64,000 nt of DNA from an uncultured Solirubrobacteraceae bacterium. Lineage in GTDB: Bacteria; Actinomycetota; Thermoleophilia; Solirubrobacterales; Solirubrobacteraceae. The DNA lies in contig CAWHLZ010000004.1 of NCBI GenBank assembly GCA_963830345.1, forward strand, positions 1,362,590-1,426,589, written 5' to 3'. Of the stretch, positions 57,559 to 64,000 are shown in pieces (position 1 is the first letter of the stretch; each line of letters begins with the position of its first letter). The position numbers and the translations under genes were made by a program. The notes under the pieces are model-generated. The model saw nothing but the letters and a program-made list of their open reading frames with translations. It had not been told where the DNA came from and made no database searches.

Positions 57559-60500
57559 CCGCTCCTCCTCACGCTGGATACCGGGGTGGCCTGGGTCTTC
57601 TTGGCTTTAGGCTTGCTCTTACCCTTCGCCTTGGCTCCATAGCGCCTTCGGGCCTGTCTTTCACAGACAGCGCGCTTGTGCCGGGTTTTGAGTTTCCGGC
57701 AGGCCTTCAGCGCTTTCGCGAGCTTCTGCTTGCGGGTCAACGGTTTCGGTTTGGGTGCCGTGAGGGTTTTGGAGGGCAGCACACCCGTCGCGATGTTCCC
57801 CGGCCCGGAGAACGTCGCGCTCGCCGCCGCCGCCACCAGCGACGACGTGCCTGAAGCAGACCGGCAGCTACCAGTCGTTTCGCATTCCTGCACAGAGGAG
57901 CCGTTCGACGCCAAACACGGAGAGGCTACGGTACAGACCCGCGCGTCATAAATATCGTAGGCGTTGTCGGTGTCTTGAGCGACGAGCTGTGCGGCGGTGA
58001 GGAAGAACACGTCATCCCCGTTTTCGCTGGCATCCAGGAACGCCGATTCCTTACCCGAAGTCCCCGAAGAAATCAACCCAATACAACCACTAGAAAAACC
58101 ACAACTACCCACACCTTCGGGCTCATACTCATACACATCCTCCTTGCCATTCCTATCCGTGGAGACGAGCGCATCGGAGCTGTCGAAGAACAGCCGGCCC
58201 GTGTCTGAGAGGTACCGTGGTTGGTAGAGCGCGGCGGGGGCACCGTAGAAGATGTTGAACGTCCACCCAGGGATCGATGCTGCTAGCCACCGGTTCCGCC
58301 AGACTTCCGGGCGATCCACGAGCAACCCCAGCCCTTCACCCGCTAGTTCGGTATCGAACACCCCTTCCGGGCGTTTGAAACCACCGTTTTCGCTGGCCGG
58401 GTTACACGACGCACATATGAGCCGGCCGGTCTGCGCGTCATACAAAAACACCTCCTCATCAGGCTCCCCACCGGTGGCGTTGTGGTTGTCATAGCCGGTG
58501 AGGCTCTCCTGGGACATGAACGCTAGATACCGACCGTTCGCAGAGACGCTGGAGGTCACAGCCGCAGTGTTCCCTTGCGAGGGCGGCAGGTTCGACGTCA
58601 ACCCTGCACCCCAGTCTGCTGCGTCTTCGTCAGAGAGCGCCGCGACAAACCGCGTCTGACGTACCCCCGGGTCTTGGGGGTCGGGTTCTGAGACATACAG
58701 GCTGCACATCGCACCCGCCGGGGGGAGGGGTGCTTCGGCTTCAGGGTCACGCACGCATTCCCCCGGCGTAGCACCCGCCGCGAGGACCCCATTCGCGACG
58801 AAATACACCCGCGAGCCATCCTCCCCCGTCCCGGGGATCAGGTTCAGGACATCCCCGCTACCCGTGATCGGGTCCGGAGTTAGATCGCTCAGCCGGCCAC
58901 GCAACGGTTCACCCGCACCACTAACGATTTCAAACTCATACAGGTCAGCCGGGGCTTCTTCGCCGACGGGTTCCTGCCCGGAGTCTTCGGCCAGCCGTGC
59001 GGTGTCCGTGAAGAACACCCTGGAGCCATCGCTGGAAGCGCTCTGGAAATGCACTTCCTGCTCGCCTTCGCCGGGTTCCGGGAGCACCCCACCCCCTTCA
59101 CCGGGTTCGGTGGATCCCTGCCCCTGCGCCGCGTTGACCTGCACCGTTTCCCCCGTACCGGTATCCCGCAGGTACAGGCGTTCGGGGACCTGGTGCACTT
59201 CCTCGCTCCAGAACACCCGGCCACCATCACTGGAGATCGCGTCGCGGGTGTTCAGACCACCACCATCCCCCAACACCGGCTGAAACTGCGACTCTGTTTC
59301 ATCCGCTGCCGGCAACCCATCGGGGAGGACACTCACCAGCTGCAACGGCTCCCCTGCTTCCCACTCATACAGCCCCGCCGCCGAAGGCGCCGCCGCCGTC
59401 AGCCCGACCTTTGATTCGAAGATCACATGCGAGAGATCACTCGTTGCCCCCAGGAATTCAAGGGCACCACCGAACTCCGTGCCCGCCGTATCATCCCCCG
59501 TGGTCACCAACGGCAGATAGTCCGGGGCGGCGGGTGGGTCTTCGCTACGCACATACAACGTCTTTTCGCTAGCTTCAGGCGACAGCGGCGGGTCTTCGAC
59601 GACCCCACCAACACCATACGCCGGTTCCGTCGGTGCGACCAGGCTCTCCCCCAGTTCCGGGGAAAAATAGTGGTACTCGGAGGGGGCTGGTAGCAGCAGA
59701 CCCCGTCCTTTGTCGTGGGGTGTTTCAAGACTCGTGGTTTCCCAGCCCTCTGGGCCGCGTCTTGAGATCAGCTGCGCTAGTTCGAAGCTACGGTTCCCCA
59801 ACGGTTCGCTGACGACCGGCCCGGAGGCTGCCCATACCAGCCCATCGCCACCGGCTGCGGCCTGGATACTCGCACCCCTGGAGCGCGAGATCGTTTCGAC
59901 CGCCGCACCGTGCTTATCCGGCGGGGAGACCATTTCCCACGCACGCCCATCCGGCAACACACCAGCCGACGGCAACGTCGTAAACGTATCCACCGACGGG
60001 ACACCTTCAACGCTACCCGCCGCGTTGCTTGCCAGCACCTGGTAGAAATACGCGCTCGCCGGCCGAAGACCCGTGACTTCGACGCTGACGTCCTGGTCAC
60101 CGAAGCCCGCCGCGAGCTTCCCCACCGGCAAATCCGCACACGACGCCGGGCTGACCGTACAATCCACGGTGCCGTACTGGAAATAGTATTCCGTTTCCCC
60201 ACCACGCGGATCGATCTGCGCACTCAACCGCTCCACGCTCGCGCTCACCCCCACCGCCGAGACCCCATCCACGACCGGCGCCGCGACCACGGATTCCGGG
60301 ATGAACACCTCCACCATATCAGCCCCCAACTCCGGGACGAATACATCACCCGTCGCCGAGTCCACCGCTACACCCGCACCATCCGTCAACTGTCCAGCCC
60401 CGAACTGTTGGATCAACGCACCCGACGGCGTGAATGCCGCGACACTACTGCCCTCATCCAGATACACCACACCCCGACCCGCGTTCCCAAGCGGCGTGCC

Positions 60501-61517
60501 TTCCCCACTCGCCTCATCAACGGCGACACCCATTGTGTTGTCGTGATCCAACTCACCTGTCAGCACCCTGGGTTCCGGTGCCGCACCGTTCAGCTTCGCG
60601 ACCAGCAACGGATCCGCGGGTTCGCCCTGTTGTCCTGGGCATTCTTCGTTAGCGCTCTCGTGTTCATAGCCGACATAGAAAGCTTCGTCTTCGGCGGCTA
60701 CCGCGAACCCCGGCCGCGCCGCGCACGTGAATTTCTCTTCGATTTCTGGGGTGCGACGTAGCGCGGGCTCCCATACTAGCCGTACGCCTTCGCTTTTCGT
60801 TGACTGTTTACCGAACGCGTCGATTACGCCTTCTTCATCCCAATACACCCACAACACGCCAGCCGCGTCCACCGCGACACCCGAAACATCTTCAAATTCG
60901 AGTTCTTCTTCCTTGACCTTGAACTTCTTCCATTTATGAATCACCGCCCCCACAGACGGACTGTACTCATACACCACATCCCGTTCATCGGCCGCCGTTT
61001 CCTTTTCTTCCGAACCCACCACATACACATCACCACGCGACGGATCCGAGGAACTCAAAGAGTTATCGACCGCTATCGCCCCCGGCGAACGCACCCCAAA
61101 CTCCGACACATATTCAAAACCCCCAGCCCCATCAGGCCTAAACACCTCGACCCGTTCCCCACCAGTATCTACCACATACACAACACCCGTCGCTTCGTCA
61201 ACCGCTACCCCCGAAGCACCCTCAAACTCCCCACCACCAACACCCACCCCACCAAACGAAGACCCAAACACATGCCCCCGCACACTCAACCCCAACGCCG
61301 AACCACACCACAACACCAACACACCCACCAACACACCCACCACAACCAACAACACACGCCATACACCCGCACAACCCGAGCCCAAACGCGACCCCGCAAG
61401 CCCGAAAGCCACCCTACCGCCAATGCTGACGCCGTTGCTGTCGCCCATCACACACTCACACCCACTCACTTGCTTGCTTACCAGACATGTGGCGTGCAGG
61501 ACCAGCCAGTCCCACAC
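57555..61517 (-). CDS. B2: about 1300-aa paralogue of B1
   Basis: Collinear with B1 and highly similar throughout. The likely start is ATG 61448 (MGDSNG), homologous to the B1 start. Confidence 0.88.
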   Translation of the reverse strand: MWDWLVLHATCLVSKQVSGCECVMGDSNGVSIGGRVAFGLAGSRLGSGCAGVWRVLLVVVGVLVGVLVLWCGSALGLSVRGHVFGSSFGGVGVGGGEFEGASGVAVDEATGVVYVVDTGGERVEVFRPDGAGGFEYVSEFGVRSPGAIAVDNSLSSSDPSRGDVYVVGSEEKETAADERDVVYEYSPSVGAVIHKWKKFKVKEEELEFEDVSGVAVDAAGVLWVYWDEEGVIDAFGKQSTKSEGVRLVWEPALRRTPEIEEKFTCAARPGFAVAAEDEAFYVGYEHESANEECPGQQGEPADPLLVAKLNGAAPEPRVLTGELDHDNTMGVAVDEASGEGTPLGNAGRGVVYLDEGSSVAAFTPSGALIQQFGAGQLTDGAGVAVDSATGDVFVPELGADMVEVFIPESVVAAPVVDGVSAVGVSASVERLSAQIDPRGGETEYYFQYGTVDCTVSPASCADLPVGKLAAGFGDQDVSVEVTGLRPASAYFYQVLASNAAGSVEGVPSVDTFTTLPSAGVLPDGRAWEMVSPPDKHGAAVETISRSRGASIQAAAGGDGLVWAASGPVVSEPLGNRSFELAQLISRRGPEGWETTSLETPHDKGRGLLLPAPSEYHYFSPELGESLVAPTEPAYGVGGVVEDPPLSPEASEKTLYVRSEDPPAAPDYLPLVTTGDDTAGTEFGGALEFLGATSDLSHVIFESKVGLTAAAPSAAGLYEWEAGEPLQLVSVLPDGLPAADETESQFQPVLGDGGGLNTRDAISSDGGRVFWSEEVHQVPERLYLRDTGTGETVQVNAAQGQGSTEPGEGGGVLPEPGEGEQEVHFQSASSDGSRVFFTDTARLAEDSGQEPVGEEAPADLYEFEIVSGAGEPLRGRLSDLTPDPITGSGDVLNLIPGTGEDGSRVYFVANGVLAAGATPGECVRDPEAEAPLPPAGAMCSLYVSEPDPQDPGVRQTRFVAALSDEDAADWGAGLTSNLPPSQGNTAAVTSSVSANGRYLAFMSQESLTGYDNHNATGGEPDEEVFLYDAQTGRLICASCNPASENGGFKRPEGVFDTELAGEGLGLLVDRPEVWRNRWLAASIPGWTFNIFYGAPAALYQPRYLSDTGRLFFDSSDALVSTDRNGKEDVYEYEPEGVGSCGFSSGCIGLISSGTSGKESAFLDASENGDDVFFLTAAQLVAQDTDNAYDIYDARVCTVASPCLASNGSSVQECETTGSCRSASGTSSLVAAAASATFSGPGNIATGVLPSKTLTAPKPKPLTRKQKLAKALKACRKLKTRHKRAVCERQARRRYGAKAKGKSKPKAKKTQATPVSSVRRSG

Positions 61518-61537
61518 GCCACAACAGCTCTCACATA

Positions 61538-62314
61538 CTAAACGTATGCATTCAACTCTAGCTTTTCTTCGCTTTTCACGGTCGAGGTAATAATCTGATC
61601 AGCCTGATCGTAGCCTTTGCCCGCGAAATCCGCTTCGAGGATATCCTTTACTTTTACTCCGCCTTCTTCAAAGTATTCGACCCCCTGGAAGCCGTGTTTG
61701 CCCTTGTACTTCAGCGTAACCGTTTCGCTCATTTTATCCACAGGGACGTTCACCAAGATAGATCCACGCACCGCCACCGTCAACGTGGTCCCACATGTGA
61801 ATTCGATGAACTTTTCCATCCCATCACTCGGATACAGATCCAGCGCCGCCTTGTGTTCTTTTTCCTTTTCCCACACCACACGACCTTCAAGCGGCACGGT
61901 TTCTAGTTCGCCTTCTTTCAAACCGACCGTCGTACAAATAAACGGCACGACTTTGCAGCCCTTGAACCTGACACGTACGTTCGCCACTTCTTTCGTGCCG
62001 ACATATTCGCCGGTGCTGCTCTCAGTTTCACAACCAACCTGGTATTTACCGACTTCTTCCAGAACGGCTTTGCCGCCCGTACTCGTCTGAAACTTTTTCA
62101 CCACGCCCGGATGCCATTCATATTTACCGGTTTTTGTTTCGCTTTTCGTTGTGCAGCCCGAATTCGTAAATTCACCGCTATAAACTTTACCGACCTTCGG
62201 AGCCTTTTCACACCTACCATATTCCGGCGCCTGCGCCGACGCACCCACCGCCCCGATCGCACCAACCACAAATACCACGGCGAGGCATACTCCCAAAAAT
62301 CTCAAACGTTTCAT
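61538..62314 (-). CDS. C2: 258-aa paralogue of C1
   Basis: Same length and signal peptide as C1, with only scattered substitutions. Confidence 0.85.
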   Translation of the reverse strand: MKRLRFLGVCLAVVFVVGAIGAVGASAQAPEYGRCEKAPKVGKVYSGEFTNSGCTTKSETKTGKYEWHPGVVKKFQTSTGGKAVLEEVGKYQVGCETESSTGEYVGTKEVANVRVRFKGCKVVPFICTTVGLKEGELETVPLEGRVVWEKEKEHKAALDLYPSDGMEKFIEFTCGTTLTVAVRGSILVNVPVDKMSETVTLKYKGKHGFQGVEYFEEGGVKVKDILEADFAGKGYDQADQIITSTVKSEEKLELNAYV

Positions 62315-62525
62315 TTCAACGCCTTCCCTTCTCGACCCTCAAATATAGATGAGCTTAGAACCAACGCCACCGACAAATATTTCACTGAACCGATACGCCT
62401 CGCCCGACCCGCCAAGTGCGGCTACGGCAAGCGGGATCCCGCGCTCTCACGAGAGACACGGAATCCCGCCACGAGCTAGTTGCTAATAATCGATCCTAGA
62501 ACCAGCTCTCCGCATCACAGCGAAT

Positions 62526-63440
62526 CTACGATTCACCTTCACCTTTTTCGTACTTTTCCTTTACGAAGCTGGTCAAGCCCGTGAAGAGATTGCCCTGTAG
62601 GATGGTGATCCCATGCTGTTTGGGCAGTTCGAGCACGCTGTTGAACGCAGCATCGAGGTACGCTTCGTCTTCACCGCTACCACACCCGTTCGCACCTTCT
62701 GTAACGGGCCAGCCGAGATCAACCAGCCTGCTTTCTTCGAGCCCTATGGTAAGGAATTCATAGCTCTCTTTGAATATGCCTGCTCGACCTGGAGCTTCCG
62801 TCGTCAGATACTGCCATACCGGGTTTGCGTCAGACCCAATCTCACACGGTCCGCCGCCCAGTCTTTCAAGCACTGGGCTGATCATCCTAACCTTCAGCGG
62901 CAACTTGAACGCAGCACCATGTTCTTCGATGAGATTCTGCGTGCTGAGCGCTTCGGGCGTTTCATAGAGTAGATTTCCGCCCGCCAGTTCAATTTTGACG
63001 TTCAAGCCCGTTTCTTTGTTCTTCTTTGCTTCCTTGAAGGTCTGCTTCAAAGATTCTGGCCATCCCGCCTCTTCCTCGATCCGCGGAGTGATCAGGTTCA
63101 GTCCACCCGGAACCTTCAGTTCAGGAGCTTCAAGCGTCTGATAACCGTTGCCCGCCGGGTAGAGTGTCAAGTCTTCTACACCCTTAAATCCGCCCTGCAG
63201 GATGATCGGCTTGTTGAGCTTCACGTCCACGTTACCCAGCTGGAAAAAGCCACCCTTGCTGCCGCCGGACGTGATTCCGGCATAGCAATAGAAGACTTCC
63301 GGATTGTTAAAAGGACAACCTTTGTACTGACCGAAAGTTGTAGAGTTGTATTTGCTCTTCGCCAGCGCCGGCATCGCGGCCACTGCGCTCACCGCAAACG
63401 CGGCGACCAAGCAGAGGCCCAGTATCCTTACATGTCTCAC
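62526..63440 (-). CDS. D2: 304-aa paralogue of D1
   Basis: Identical signal peptide. The mature part is clearly more diverged from D1 than C2 is from C1. Confidence 0.85.
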   Translation of the reverse strand: MRHVRILGLCLVAAFAVSAVAAMPALAKSKYNSTTFGQYKGCPFNNPEVFYCYAGITSGGSKGGFFQLGNVDVKLNKPIILQGGFKGVEDLTLYPAGNGYQTLEAPELKVPGGLNLITPRIEEEAGWPESLKQTFKEAKKNKETGLNVKIELAGGNLLYETPEALSTQNLIEEHGAAFKLPLKVRMISPVLERLGGGPCEIGSDANPVWQYLTTEAPGRAGIFKESYEFLTIGLEESRLVDLGWPVTEGANGCGSGEDEAYLDAAFNSVLELPKQHGITILQGNLFTGLTSFVKEKYEKGEGES

Positions 63441-63720
63441 GTCTCCATCACTCCTTTATCTTCTTTGGTAATAATCGATCGACGCCCGAACTCTCCTCCA
63501 GGAGACGCTCCGACACCGGTCGTTTGCGACAGCGCGCCCAGCCGGGACCAACGGCCCCCACATCGATGCGCGCTCGTCATCGGCGCGGGCACCAACAGCC
63601 CCCTCACCGACGGACGTTTGTAAGCGGCGAGCTTGCGTGGAGCGCACAGCCCGGCACCAAGACCGGCCTGACCCCCGCGCTGCGCCTGCTCGCCGCGCAA
63701 ATCTCTCAGCCTCCAGCTCA

Positions 63721-64000
63721 TCACGCGGCCTCCCCCGCGCTCGCGCCCGCCGAAGCGCGCGAGCCGACCGCGCTCCCGACGCCGAGCAGCTTGACCACAC
63801 GCCGCCCGCTGGGCGTCAGCAGCCACGCGTTCTCCCGCCGCGAGCCGCTCCCGGGCGCGACCTTCTCGATCAACCCGCGCTGCGCCAGCCGACGCAGCAG
63901 ATGCGAGGTCTGCCCGCTATCGCTCAACCCCGCAGCGTTGGCTATCTCGCGATTGCTCGAACGTGGCGCGCACGCAATCGCGCGCAGCACCAGCGCCGTG
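63721..64000 (-). CDS. R2: C-terminal part of the paralogue of R1 (5' part outside the window)
   Basis: TALVLRAIACAPRSSNREIANAAGLSDSGQTSHLLRRLAQRGLIEKV...ENAWLLTPSGRRVVKLL aligns with the R1 C-terminal wHTH. The reading frame is open to the window edge. Confidence 0.8.
   Translation of the reverse strand, partial: TALVLRAIACAPRSSNREIANAAGLSDSGQTSHLLRRLAQRGLIEKVAPGSGSRRENAWLLTPSGRRVVKLLGVGSAVGSRASAGASAGEAA

Larger units (their letters stand above)
53980..64000 (-). repeat. Cassette copy 2 (A2-B2-C2-D2-R2); R2 runs off the window
   Basis: Collinear with 42512-53162. Confidence 0.9.

Noticed and set aside
42409-64000. The island as a classical mobile element, prophage or integrative element
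   Set aside because: No integrase, transposase, phage or conjugation genes are visible within the window. There is no flanking tRNA and no direct repeats at the visible (left) boundary. Only the lower G+C hints at foreign origin.

Overview
This is a high-G+C window that looks like Actinomycetota; the lineage is inference only. Positions 1-41,000 are almost entirely minus-strand core genes. They run ligA (5' part)-surE-truA, then the full alpha/spc/S10 ribosomal-protein super-operon (rplQ back to rpsJ), then tuf, fusA, rpsG, rpsL, rpoC, rpoB, rplL, rplJ, rplA, rplK, nusG, secE and rpmG. This core departs from the textbook layout in several ways. infA is missing between map and rpmJ. A separately terminated MFS-pump/MarR pair splits rpsL-rpsG from fusA-tuf. 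A membrane-protein gene and a HAD-like gene sit between rpoC and rpsL. Many ribosomal proteins carry long low-complexity extensions. Three kinds of structured intergenic element occur: two near-identical long hairpins right after secY and rplL; TIR-bounded elements starting exactly at the stop codons of rplW and fusA, plus a more loosely related element starting right after the rpsG stop; and a block of five abutting perfect palindromes. Positions 42.5-64 kb are different: they have visibly lower G+C and no housekeeping genes. They hold two tandem, diverged copies of a five-gene minus-strand cassette, transcribed regulator -> ~300-aa secreted protein -> ~258-aa secreted Cys-containing protein -> ~1300-aa NHL/FN3/propeller-like secreted protein -> ~1200-aa modular secreted protein. 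Both giant proteins in both copies end in the same Lys/Arg-rich tail with two Cys and no hydrophobic anchor. The regulator of copy 1 lacks its promoter and HTH helix 1. Both missing parts lie on the opposite strand inside a 330-bp segment bracketed by a 30-bp inverted repeat, so one inversion would restore the gene in frame. I could not assign the cassette to any described system, and it is the main candidate for something new. No rRNA, tRNA, CRISPR array, transposase or recombinase gene was found in the window.
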